From Camelus ferus (Eukaryota), in NCBI RefSeq assembly GCF_009834535.1, contig NC_045696.1, forward strand, positions 64,482,001 to 64,546,000: a stretch of 64,000 nt of DNA. The letters run 5' to 3'. The notes beneath the pieces are model-generated. The model saw only the letters and a program-made list of their open reading frames with translations. It made no database searches and was not told the origin of the DNA. The number at the start of each line of letters is the position of its first letter. Position 1 is the stretch's first letter. Positions 50,101 to 62,370 of this stretch are shown here, in pieces. Position numbers and translations under genes: made by a program.

Positions 50101-51424
50101 ACAGGAACTCTGGCCCAAATCCGGCAGTGTGGGGCTCAGCCTGCATAGAGGGAGTCAGTTCCAGGAGGCTCCTTGTCTGACTGTGCTTGGAGGGTGGCCC
50201 TGGCTGCTCACATCCCGGACTGGGGCCCCTGGGGCACCTCTCTCCCTCAGGCATCTTGATAGGTAGACCAAGTTGAGGCTATTTATTTCTGTTTAACAGA
50301 CGAGGACACCACGGCTCAGGAAAGTGAATGCCCCACGGGTGAGGCGGCTGGTGAGTGGTGGAGCCAGGATGGGGATACAGGTGTTCCCCTTCCATGTCCG
50401 GAGCTCTCTCCCCCGACCCAGCTCTAGTTTTTTTATCTGTGTATACTGTCCACACTGCCTTTGACAGATTTCTCTGTTTTCCAAATAGAGAGAGGTTTCT
50501 CTTTCTGTAACTTTATCAAGCCCCATTCTCGTGAGCAAGTGTCCCCACCTCTATTGCTTTTGAACCGAGAAGGACACTTGGCATCCCTTTCGTCCCGATG
50601 CAGGACGGTATTGGCAGATCCGGCCCCTCAGTGAGGATGACAGCCGTGTCATCACAGCAGGCGGGGAAGCACGGGGTACTGAAGCTGGCTTCTTAGCACC
50701 TTCCCTTTCTGGAAGGCTAATCAGCATTTCGCTATGACGTGTCAGCGACAGGAAGGAGCTTGCTTTCAGTGCTCGTCGTTTGTAGCTCCCTGAAAAGACT
50801 GCCTTAGTGACAGACAGCTCTTTAGCAAACCGCAGATGGGCTGATGGAGCCTCTCCCTGTCTGGGGTTGAATCACCTTCCTCCCTTAAGTAAAAGCATCC
50901 ATGTCTCCCCGTTGTCAGTGAGGTCAAGTTCAAATTTCTCTTGGAATTCCAAGCCTCTGCAGTTTGGGTTGAGACTCTCTTTGTACCTGGCCTCCCAGTA
51001 ATCTTCCCTCTCTGGCCTCCCTGGAGCCAGCCCTCCAGCATATGCCCTGGCTGGCCCTCCCAGGCTTTCTGAATGGCATTTGTGGCCACCACCTCCCCCT
51101 GTCAGGACACATCACCCTTTGAATGTCACCTTCCCCTGGAAGTGCTCCCCCTTCACCCTTGATAGTCAGCCTTTGGTTAGTCAGCCATGAGCATCTTCCA
51201 TCTCCACTAAACTGCCCTGTCCCTGCTTGTATTAGCTCACACACCGTCTTACTTCATGGGACCTGGCAGAGTGCTGCCAGGGGTGCTCAAAGATGGCTGA
51301 ACGGGAGGCTTCAAGCTTGTTTTTGGATGGAATCAGTACGTCTCGGAGCGTAGTCCATTCCCCGGAGGCTCTTTGGAAGCACCTTCATCATCTTTGTCCT
51401 CTCCACCGCAGGATGGGGGGAAGC

Positions 51425-51570
51425 AGGAAGAGTGCTGGGCTGGGGCTTAGAGAAACCAGGTTGTCGTCCTGATCAACTCTCCAGCCCATGTGACCTGGGC
51501 TGGTTGCTGTGTGTCTCTCTCAGCCTCAGTTTCCCTAGCTGTCAGGTGAGAGTGGACGGGATGAGCTCCC
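51425..51570 (+). mobile_element. MIR SINE
   Basis: TGTGACCTGGGC...CTCAGCCTCAGTTTCCC...CTGTC. Confidence 0.6.
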
Positions 51571-52804
51571 ACATAGGCTAAACCAGGTGGGCACTAGCCT
51601 TGGGCATCTGGGAGGGGACAGCCGCGAGCGTTGTTCCCACACAGTGGCATGCTGCTTCCTCTCCTCTGATGCCTGGAGACTCTGAGTCGGAGACAGTTGG
51701 CTGAAGGGTCAGGTCCTTTTGTCAGCTGTCCTGCTGTAGTTTCACTAGAATGGCCCTAATTGCTCCCAGCATGAGCAATGAGCGGTTTCGGCAGCCTCTG
51801 AGTTACTGGTCGGTGTCCCTTCCCAGAGAACCCCAGCGATCCCACGGTGTGGATGTGGTGTGACTCTCCATTGGCATTTTGGTGATTTTTCTCCTGTTAC
51901 ACAGATGGCTGGACAAGATTGATGGTACTAATATTGGTTCTTAGGGCTTTCCTCCTCTGACCTGTTGCTGTCACGAATGATTGTTTTTTGAAATTTCTGT
52001 GTGTCACTTCCACGGTGTCCTCTTTGACTGACCTTATTAAAGATAACAGCGTAATTCGAAGTCGGTTCTTGCAGTGGAGGTGACTGTAGGGAAACAAAGC
52101 TTACACATTCACTCTCATTTTGTGTCTATAACATCTACAATATTTATGGCATTCATTTCGCAGTGCCATGTGTCGTATGCCAGAACGGCATGTTATATGC
52201 ATGAATGGTAGGCTTTGACTGAAGTATGTGTCCCTTGGTGGTTGTGTCCTCAGGCATAGAACTGAATACGCATACAGATTAAAGGACCAAGTGAGGATTC
52301 AGAAACCTCAGGCTCTGGCCGGCGGCCGTGTGCGACAAGGTGGACCATGTTCCTGTTGTACCTCATTCATCTCTTCTCTCCATCCTGACTTCAGTTGCAC
52401 TCTGAGTCAGCTCCTTATTTCTTCCCCTGGGTCATTCCAAAAGGGTCCTGCTTGACTTCCTTGCTTCTGGTTTTACGTAGCTAGTCCATCTTCTATGTGC
52501 CCACCAGTGGCAACTCTCATTCCTAGTTACTGCCTTGCTCAGGGATCCACACTGACTCTCCATTGCCTGAATCAGAAGATGCAGACACGCTGCCTGGCAT
52601 CCGGGGCTCTCTCTGCACTGCCCACGGAACCTGTCTGATGCTTCCCTGCCTTTCTGCCTAGTTCGCTCACGTCTACAGCACAGCACCACTCCCTCGCCAG
52701 CCAAACCCATCCTCCCTTCCAAACGTCATTCTTTGACAAACAAGTCCCAGCCTTCAGGGATTTCTTCCTCTTCCAAACCTCACCACGCTTAGTGTAACCT
52801 AAGA

Positions 52805-53268
52805 AATTGTTGTTTATTGTGGTGTAACAGTTTACTCACAACTCAACAAACATCTGTTACCTCCCACAATTTTGGAGGATCAAAAATCTAGGAGTGGCTT
52901 TGGTGGGTGGTTCTGGCTCATGGTTTCTCAATCAGGGCTGCGGTCATTTGAAGGCTTGACTGAGGTTGGAGGATCCATTTCACAGCTCCCTTTTGGCTGA
53001 AGACCTCAGTTCTTTTCCACCTGGTCCTCTCCATAAGGCTGCACGGTGACATGCCAGCTGGCTTTCCCAAGAGGGAGTGATGAGAGAGAGAGAGGGAGAT
53101 TTAGATGGAGGCTGAAATGCCTTTTGTAACCTAATCTTGGAAGTGAAAACCATCACTTCTGTTGGTCACGCTGACCAACCCTGGTACTTAGTGCAAAGTG
53201 ACCACTCAAAAGATGTGACTACCAGAAGGTGAAGTTTTCAGGGCCCAGCTTGGAGGCTGGTTACTGTA
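52805..53268. mobile_element. MaLR solo LTR (MLT1F/G/H-like)
   Basis: GGGTGGTTCTGGCTCATGGTTTCTC...GAAGGCTTGACTGAGG...CCTCAGTTC...TTGGAGGCTGGTTAC. Confidence 0.75.
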
Positions 53269-53861
53269 CTTCCCTTGTCTTTTTCATGCATGAAGCTCTG
53301 CTTTTCCAGCTACCCTGGGAACTGCTAAAGATCAGAAGCTGGTCTCACTCATCCTGGCTCCGTGAAGTCATTCCAAGGGCTTTTCATGGAGATGCTTATT
53401 TTGTCTTCACAATAACCTATTGGGCTTTTTCTTTTTTTAAAGAGATGCAGGAAACTAAGGCCCAAGGGGGTTAGTTATCCAAGTCAATCAGCTCCTGTGT
53501 GACTGAGCTGAATTCAGCCGTAGGTCTTTCTGATCTAAAACCTGTGTTCTTTCTCTTATACGAATGGTTTGCTGATTTTGATTTTCTGTAAAACATTTTC
53601 TACAGCCTGCTTCCTGTCTGTTAACATTGGGGGAAATTAAGAGGAACAACTCAGTAGTGCCCAGTGACTGCAGGAAATATTTGTATATAACAATCCCAAA
53701 TTGTATATGAAAGTTTTGAAGAGGCCATCCTGAATGAACTGAAACTTCAGGGCCTTAATTTATTCAGTGACTGCTTAATCAAAGCCTCTGAAATCTGGCT
53801 GAACTACTGGAGAAAGCTGAAGGCTTAAGAGGCCCATAACAGTACCATACTGCAGGAGGAT

Positions 53862-54201
53862 TTTTTTTTTTTAATTGGAGTGTAGTCCGTTACAGTGTGT
53901 CAGTTTCTAGTGTACAGCATAATGTCCCTGTGATGCATATATATACATATATTTGTTTTCATATTCTTTTTCATTAAAGGTTATTACAAGATATTGAATA
54001 TAGTTCCCTGTGCTACACAGAAGACATCAGGTTTTTTTAAATCTATTTTTATATATAATGGTTAACATTTGCAAATCTCAAACTCCCAAATTTATCCCTT
54101 CCCACTCCCTTTCCCCCCGTAACCATAAGATTGTTTACTATGTCTGCGAGTCTGTTTCTATTTTTAAATGAGTTCATTAGTGTTTTCTTTCTTTCTTTCC
54201 T

Positions 54202-54257
<56 letters not shown>

Positions 54258-54277
54258 TCCTTCTTTCCTTCTTTCCT

Positions 54278-54352
<75 letters not shown>

Positions 54353-54623
54353 CTTCCTTCCTTCCTTCCTTCTTCCTTCCTTCCTTCCTTCCTTCTTTCT
54401 TCCCTCCCTCCCTCCCTCCCTTCCTTCCTCCCCATATATGAGTGAAATCATATGGTATTTTTCTTTCTCCTTCTGGCTTACTTCACTTAGAATGATGATT
54501 TCCAGGTCCATCCATGTTGCTGCAAATGGCATTGTTTTACTCCTTTTTTATGGCTGAGTAGTATTCCATTGCATAAATATACCACAGCTTCTTTATCCAG
54601 TCATCTGTCGGTGGACATTTAGG
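53862..54623 (-). mobile_element. 5'-truncated artiodactyl-type L1 (ORF2 C-terminus + 3' UTR + polyA) with TSD
   Basis: ORF 54164-54532(-) begins MPFAATWMDLEIIILSEVSQKEKEKYHMISL, the L1 ORF2 end. TSD AGGAGGATTTTT at 53854-53865 and 54624-54635. Confidence 0.95.
54183..54433. repeat. Compound (TTTC)n/(CCTT)n/(CCCT)n microsatellite
   Basis: About 250 bp of pyrimidine-only + strand inside the L1 3' UTR. Confidence 0.97.
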
Positions 54624-56304
54624 AGGAGGATTTTTCTTATCACATCATCTGGGGAGGTCCAGCCTGTCACCTGCACCACAGGAAACTTCCTACCACAAAA
54701 CCTTGCTCATCGGTTTCAAATAGAGACGGCTCTTGAGAACAGATTCCGGACTTTTTAGGTTTGGTTGAATTGGGCTATAATTTAAGTGGGAATAATTCCT
54801 GATAAATTGCCCCAGATACTGTGACTTAGCTTCCTAGGGAGGGTTGGGGGTTTATGGGAAGGGAAGAAAAGAAAAGAAAAAAAAAAGAAAAGTCCTTGCT
54901 GCACCCTCAAGCACAGAGTTCTGGTGGTTGACTTAAAAGAGCTTCGATTTTCTTTTTTGTTTTGAACACTCTGTCCCCCTTAGTTGACTTTCAAAATGTG
55001 AAATGAGTAGAAGTGTTTCTAATTTCAGTCATTCTCCCTTTATTCTCGGCAAAAAAGGGAGCCCTGCAGGTGGCTTTCTAGAACATGAATACCTCCTGTT
55101 TCTGTGTTCCCTCTCATGATCATCTTTCATGTCTGCGGGGGACCTTTTACACTTACTCTTGTGATGCTCCTTGAATTTTTGACTTATTAGCTAAAGCTAC
55201 ATTAAAAAAAATACTTCTGATTTAGGTATGTCCTCCATGCCTCAATGCTTGGAAAACTTTTGAGTATTGTTTTTCAGGCTCTTTTCTTATCTCTGCATGG
55301 GCATGCTTTTCACTTTTTATTTTTTTCCTGTGATGGCCACAGGGTGGTTTAATATTACATGCCTTATCACAATGAGTTTCCCCCAAACTGGAATTTCTTG
55401 GATCTCTTTAAAGAGTCTGAAAACACTAGGGAGGAGAGGAGGATGAGAAAGGGATTTGAAAAAGAATTGGGAATGAGCTTTCTCAGCTGTTTTCCATACG
55501 CCTAGGTGGTTATAAGGTTGTTTTCTGTGTTGATGGACATTTTCTTTGGCAGCTGGACTCTGAACCAAATTCTTTTCTTCAGAGCTCCAGAGAAGTTCCC
55601 ATTCTGATCACAGTAGAAATCTCTCTCTTTTGTTTTTATTTTTTACATATATCAGGTCTAGATAAATAATACTTAAATATGTATATGTAGACATACCCAC
55701 AAGCCCAAAGTGTTTCCAGACATGTCCACAGTTATTTGCAGTTCTCACTTTCACATTCAGTATAAATGGGCACTGAAGAATTCACAGCCACAACGGTAAG
55801 TCCTCCAGGGGACTTACCTAATCAGATAGCATTAAGAATTGTTTAGATACATTTTGCAGGGCCTGTCCAGGCATAATTGCTAGGAACAGCACAGGTAGGA
55901 TGTGCCCACCAGAAAGAAAACACAATTTGGAGCAGGGAGATGACTGTCCCTGTGCATGGGATTTCCTTAGAGAGTGTTAGGGGGCTGCTTTGTGCCCAGA
56001 AGGAACGTATACAAATCCAGAGAGGGGATATACAAAAGGAATTAAGGTGACCTCTGTCCAGCACTGTCATGGATTTTATCTACTTTGGCTTTGCAGAATC
56101 CCTGCCCCCAACTCCACCCACATCTCCCCACCAGTAAATAATAATTTTCATTTTGTAAAGAAAGAGGGTAGTGGCTTGGTGGCTAAGTGTGGTACAGAGC
56201 TAAAGCTGGGACAGGAGAGTCTCAAAGCCAAGACTTTTCCATGGGGGCAGGATGCTTTGTATTTCTAGTTTCTATTTCCATTCTCAAAGTATGACGGATA
56301 TTAG

Positions 56305-56830
56305 AAGTTGCAGGGGTTTAAATACGTCCACAAGTTTTTTGACATTACCTATGAAAGGTGAGGCATATTCTCCCTGCATGTGGGTTGGATTTAGTGACTC
56401 ATTTTTAATGAATAGAATAAAGTGAAAGTGATGTAACTTCAGGAACTGGATCATGTAAGGCGCTGTGGCTTCCTCCTCACTCTCTGTTGGATTACCTGCT
56501 CCATGGGAGGTGTCTGCTATGTCATGAGGACACATAGGATGTCCTGTGTAGAGGCCCATGTGGGGAGGAGCTAAGGCCTCTGCCAACAGTCAGTGAAGAA
56601 CTGAGGCCTCTGGTCAACAATTTGAAAATGGATTATTTGGCCCCAGTCAAGCCTTTAGATGACTGTGGCCCCAGCCAATGACTTAACTGCAACCTCATGA
56701 AAAACCTTAAGCTGGAAGTACCCAACCCCATCATGCCTGAATTCCTAACTTACAGAAACTGAGAGATAAGAAATGTTTGTTTTTATAAGTCACTAAGTTT
56801 TGGGATCATCTGTCATCTTACAGTGGAGGG
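56305..56830. mobile_element. MaLR solo LTR (MLT1F/G-like), opposite orientation to the 52.8-kb copy
   Basis: TTAGTGACTCATTTTTAATGAATAGAAT...GAACTGAGGCCTC...CCCCAGTCAAGCCTT...CAGAAACTGAGAGATAAGAAATGTTTGTT...CTAAGTTTTGGG. Confidence 0.85.
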
Positions 56831-57790
56831 TGAAAATAGAAACGGATGGATGGTACCTCAAAGAGCTCCAGGCTTATGATGTTTCTGATAGTTAATGATG
56901 ACGACTCAATGATATGAACTGTGATTTGTAGACACACTTACTACTGTTTCCTTTCAGCTCTGCAAAATGTACAGCAGCTTTGAGTGTTTCCCAAATTACA
57001 TACCAGGGATCATCTAAAAACACACAGTCCAAAGACCTACCCTAGACCATTGAAATAGAACATCCTAAGGGTGAGATTTTGAAACTTGTATTTAAAAAGA
57101 AAAGAAAAAAGAAAGCCTTTTGAGATGATTCATACACAGACAACCTGAACATGTCCAAAGAACATCATTTAGGAACCAGTGAACCAGAACCCTTCCCTTG
57201 TTCCTTAGCCTGGTTCTGATAATCAAGGTTTGCTATCGATAATTTCATTTGAGTTCTCCTTCGGGACCTCACATCTTCTGTGGCCGGGGAGCATGCAGCT
57301 AGACCCCCCCTCTTGAGCCCCCTCTCGTGCTTGGCATGGAGCCCCTGCCAGCCCAGGAGTCGAGACTGCCTGTTCAAGTCTTGTGTGTGACCAGAAGTGG
57401 AGAAGGGAGATGGGTTCCAATGCACATGTCAAGTCTCATGCCTGATATTAAGTCTCAAAAGCAGGCATGCTTATGCTTGAGTGTCTCCATGGACACAGAT
57501 GCCCGGAGTCCCCTTTGGGAAAGAACAGAGCACAGAGGAGAGTCAGTAGCTGTGGCGAGCTTTCTCTGGAGGAGAGTTGTTGGCCTTCTAGAGTGAAAGA
57601 ACTAGTCCTGATACCTCCTCTGGATGCTGACGGAGTTCTGGGTACAAACAGGACATGTTTTAAACGTGTGTTTCTAGTTCAATGAAATATCATAATCTGA
57701 TTTGAAATCGGTTACTCAAGCACGCTGACTTTGGACTGGGTGTGGGTTCCCTGATGCATGCTGTTTGGATGCCTATGCCAAGTTGTGATG

Positions 57791-57881
57791 TTTTAGTGTA
57801 TAAAATACATGTATTTTATATTTTATACACTAAAATATATATATATACGTATATATATATACGTGTATATATATGTGTGTG

Positions 57882-57945
<64 letters not shown>

Positions 57946-57952
57946 TTTTTTT
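57791..57952. repeat. AT-rich palindrome + compound (TA)n microsatellite + poly(T)
   Basis: Direct reading; see findings. Confidence 0.95.
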
Positions 57953-58150
57953 AAGGAAAAAGTCCAGGGGGTTGAGTATCCCCGTTTCCCTCCGTAAGTT
58001 CTGTTCTGGTGTCTCTCTGGCACTAAGTACCTCTGTGACCTGGGGAGAGTTACTTTCCTGCTTTAGAACTAAAGTCTCTTCACTGGAGAAAGGAGCGATA
58101 CAGACAAGATGATCCAAGTTCTTCTCTAGACAGGTGAGTCAGTTCAGCCT

Positions 58151-58531
58151 TGCATTAGTCGACCAGGGCTGCTGTAACAGAACACCACAGACTGGGCGGC
58201 TTAAACAACAACACACATGTATTTTCTCACAGTTCTGGAGCCTGGAAGCCGAAGATCAGGGGGTGAGCAGGCTTGGTTTTGCCTGAGACCCCTCTTCTTG
58301 GCTTCTTGGTGTGTCCTCACATGGCCTTTCCTCTGTGTCTCTTTGTGTCCAGTTTCCTGTTCTTATAAGGACGCCAGTCTGATGGGATGGATCAGGGCTC
58401 TCCCTAATGGCCTCATTTTAATCTAATCACTCCTTTAAAGGTGCTGTCTTCAAATATAGTCACATTTAGAGATACTAGGGGTTAGAGCTTCAAAATTTGA
58501 ATTTGAGGGGAACACAGTTCAGCCCATAACA
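58151..58531. mobile_element. MaLR solo LTR (MLT1A/B-like)
   Basis: TG...CA termini. AGGGCTGCTGTAACAGAACACCACAGACTGGGCGGCTTAAACAAC...CACAGTTCAGCCCATAACA. Confidence 0.9.
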
Positions 58532-61486
58532 GGCATCCAGGTTACCTTTGGGTGTTACAGGTCTGTTGTGAAGCAGTGCCCAGGGGTGGGTGCAGGGCAC
58601 CCATGGGTATCTATAGCACAGGCAGAACAGGCAGTAAACCTCCTCAAGATACCTGGTCCTTTCTCTGCTTTTCCAGAAACAAGCTCTGAGATACTGCCTG
58701 TGTGTTAGTAAGGTCAAAGTTAGAGTCACAGAATGCTAGTGATAAACAGGACCTTTGAGTAATGCTCCTTATTTAATATTAGAAGAGGGTGAGGTCCAGG
58801 GAAAGATTGTGCTGTGTTTATAATTAGGTCTCTCGATTTATGACCTAATTCCATCCACTCAAAGACAGATCGGAGCATATAACCATAATCTCTGACATCA
58901 TTGTTGCCTCACTCCAACACCTCTGAGATACCTCAACTTAGGAGTGGTGGGACATTTTTTCAAGCTCCAAGAAGGGGAAGATATGCTTCCCTTCACAGGG
59001 AATGTGCTAAGAACATTCTAAAAATAGTGACATACTATAATTAAAGGATTTTGTCCAAGGGAGAACATTTTGTTCTTGGTTTTCCAAAGGAAGGCAGATT
59101 TCCCACCATGAGTTGTAGGATCAAGGCTAGTACCCCTTCATGCTGACAGTTTTGTTATATTTAAACAGGTGAAGAAGAGAGAGAAACAGCAGAAGTGATC
59201 CATTTACTTCTCTAGTTCAATTCCAGAGTTAGGATTGGAATCAATCTTTCATATCTAATTAAGTAGTATTAGACCCAACAGATTGTTAAAATGTTTCAAG
59301 CAGTTACATCAAATTGTCATCATTTCTTTCTGGAATCCGTAAGTGAATTGGGGAATCAGAGATGTAACCTGGTCCTTTTTCTGCGTTAAGTAGAATAAAA
59401 TTTGCAAATATAGTCATATGCTTTTAAGAATCTTTTTAAAGATCCAGGGACAAATGAAATAATAATCCTCTCAAATGTCTGTTCCTGTTGTCAAAAGCAA
59501 TTGTCTACATAATCCAGACATGCCAGTCTATCCAAGGAAAGAAATTGTGAGCATCATATTGGTGGTCCCAGTTTGTCTTAATCTCATGATATAATAACTA
59601 ACATTTCCATGTGAACCCACTGAAAGAGGAGTGCTTCCCAGATTTTCCCCAGAGTCTGAAACAGGGACATCTGAATTTAAGCATTGCCTACATGTTATTT
59701 ATAATGTGAATTATCTGAATGCAAAAATAGAGGTGTCTTTTAATATTGCACAGGGATGGTTTGCTGCTTTTATTATATCTCTGCTACTCATGAGACAGAA
59801 TATTTGTACAACTGACCCACTCCTTATTTTTGGAGAGTTTTAAAATGATTTAGCCATTCAACAAATAATTAGTTGAGTGAGGCTTCCAGTACTAGACATT
59901 AGGGATAAAGCAGGGGACAAAGACATGTTTCTACTTTCAGGGAGTTTAATGGGAAATATAGTCCCTCATAAAATAGTTTTACTTTTGAAAGTATGATTGC
60001 AAGCTGGGGCTAAATCTCCACAGGAAAGGAACATGTTTCAGGGAGGTATGGGAGCAGACGATGAAGGAGGCTGCTCCAGGCTGGAAGGTTTCTCCCTGAG
60101 AACCTGATTCTGGGTTGAGAAATGGTGGATAAGGGAGACGCTAACTAAATTGGAACATCCAAGAAGTGGTGGCAGAAGACAAGGGTCTGACAAAAGGAGG
60201 AACATATGCGTGAAGTGGCATAAAGGAGAATCAGTTGGGTTGGTAATGAGAGAGTTTGGATTTTTGTCTGTCTTGTTTCCTTTTTTTGGTGTTAACTCAG
60301 GAAAAATCACTTCAGTTCTTTGGGCCTAATGTCCTTCTTTGCATAATGACCTCTTTATGCAAATCAGCTTAAGAGTTCTGGTTTGACCTTCTTTGGTCAA
60401 AAGAATTTGAATCAGAGGAACCTCAATCCCTGAACTAGATCAGATTCTTTCATTAGTACAGATTGACCGAGCACCTACTATGTACCAGGTAATCTGATTG
60501 GTCCTGCAGTTCAAAGATGAATTAACTGGGATCACTGACCTCAAGCAACTTAGTCCGGCAGCAAAGACAAATAGATAAGGCCACCAGTTGTGGGGCCATG
60601 TTGTGAGTGTCATGGGAAGACGGGTGGGAACAGGATTAGCCCTGAGGGGAGGAGAGGGGCAGCTGGGAGGACTTCACAGAGTAAAGGGTCTTCCACCGAA
60701 AGAACAAGGTGAAGTCAGCCTGGCCAGCCAGGATGGTAGATTGACAATATTCCCTGGGACAATGGGAAGTAACACTACCCCGTCCTCTAAAGCATTGCCA
60801 GCCTAACTGTGTCCTTTTGAGCCTCTGCATGCTCCTCAGACTCCAAGGTTGATCATGGAAATCCTTGCCCTGAGTCTCCTTACTCCAGAAGGCTGGGGAA
60901 AAGGACAAACAATTTCTGTCTTGGTGTATCCCATCTGTCAGAAAATGCCCTTTTCACAACAGGGTTCTAGTGACTTAATTATTGTCTGTGAGATATTTAG
61001 TTTCAGGTCAAGGATGAAATTCTGTTGCAAAACTGAAAGCACATGAGTAAGATGTTTAAAAATGATGAGGAAGGTCTTTTTGGTTTTTGTTGTTGGTTTT
61101 TTTTTTTTTTTTTTTGGTTTTGATTCTTGCAGGAAAGGATTTTAATGGCCTGACTCAGCTGCCATAGATGGGTCAAATTGTCAGAAAATTACGTTATATA
61201 CCAGAGATAGACAAGAAGAGCCTTTTGAGGAACTGCTCTAAAATTATTTTCTGTTCATTTGTGTAAGTTACTTGGCTTGAGTAGGAAACGGACTTCCTTG
61301 CCAAGATGGGGTTAGCATCCCTGTGGTGTTTTAAAAGCTGGTCCAGGGATGGGTACGAGAGGAAACAACCCACATAACTTGGAGAAGAGTTGCTAGAAAT
61401 GGGGTTGTGGTGGTTTAGTCTCAATGTGATTAGAAACAGAACAGAACAAAACAAACAGCATTGATTTTAAAACTTGTTTCTCAGGA

Positions 61487-61620
61487 GGAGAGGGTATAGC
61501 TCAGTGGTAGAGTGCATGCTTAGTATACACGAGGTCCTGGGTTCCATCCCTCGTTCCTCCATTGAAAAACAGTTTAAAAATAAATAAACCTAATTATCTA
61601 CCCGCCACCCCCTGCCAAAA
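61487..61620 (+). mobile_element. tRNA-derived SINE (camelid Vic-1-like)
   Basis: GGAGAGGGTATAGCTCAGTGGTAGAG (A box)...GAGGTCCTGGGTTCCATCCC (B box)...AAATAAATAAACCTAATTA tail. Confidence 0.9.
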
Positions 61621-61892
61621 TTTTTCTTGCCTACTTCCAAAAGGGCTTGTGGATCTTAAGGAAAAAACAGATGACTATAACATTACCATTAAAATACACA
61701 GCAGAGCCACAATCTCTCAAGAAGTTCTGTGCAGTAGCAATTTTGTATTTATTGACCAAAAATATTAGCTATTATTGATATTATTATTGTTTGGGGGCAT
61801 GAATATTGAGTAAAAAATTCTTGATAGTCTGAGCAAAAAGAAAATACGGTTGCTTAGCAACTTTTATTGACAGATAAAGAAGGAAACAGGTC

Positions 61893-62074
61893 GCAAACTA
61901 CTATGTATAAAATAAATAAGCTACAAGGACATATTGTACAGCACAAGGAATATAGATAATATTTTATAATAACTCTAACTGGAATATAACCTTTAAAAAT
62001 TATGAAGCACTATGTTGTGCACCTGAAACTTGCATAATATTGTACATCAACTATACCTCAATTAAAAACAAAAG
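61893..62074 (+). mobile_element. L1 3' tip with TSD
   Basis: CTACAAGGACATATTGTACAGCACAAGGAATATAG...CACCTGAAACT...CAACTATACCTCAATTAAAAA. TSD AGGAAACAGGTC at 61881-61892 and 62075-62086. Confidence 0.9.
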
Positions 62075-62370
62075 AGGAAACAGGTCAGCCTGTCAGAGAT
62101 ATATTCTTTAATATGTATCTCCTCTAATGTTATGCAGATTTTTAAACTTACAAACATTGACTGGTATAATTTTCCATGACTTCAGTAAGTTTTCCGGCTG
62201 ATGGCAAACTCTCCTTGGTAAGAGAGTTTTTTGCATTGATCTTCAAATTGGGTTGAAGACATTTTTTTAATTGGGGACAGAGCTAAGGCAATCCAGACTT
62301 GTACTTTTCCTATTATGATTTGATGCAAGGAAAAATATTAGTAAGTGGGTGAATATTATCTTGTTTTGAT

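Noticed and set aside
54049..54557. K/E/R-rich and F/L/S-rich ORFs; also Y/I-rich ORFs at 57742-58117
   Set aside because: Translations of microsatellites. Only the L1 ORF2 tail is meaningful, and it is a dead fragment.
57147..57660. Three perfect p53 half-sites (57147, 57463, 57651)
   Set aside because: None is paired into a full 20-bp site, and the degenerate half-site is frequent by chance.
58067..58133. Possible 67-nt exon (CTTTAG...CAG|GTGAGT)
   Set aside because: Within a degraded MIR-like repeat with no coding signal. Such pseudo-exons are common and cannot be supported without RNA data.
61487..61560. tRNA-like sequence (also at 23.85 and 40.78 kb)
   Set aside because: Has A and B boxes but carries diverged stems and SINE tails, and recurs as dispersed copies. 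These are SINEs, not tRNA genes.
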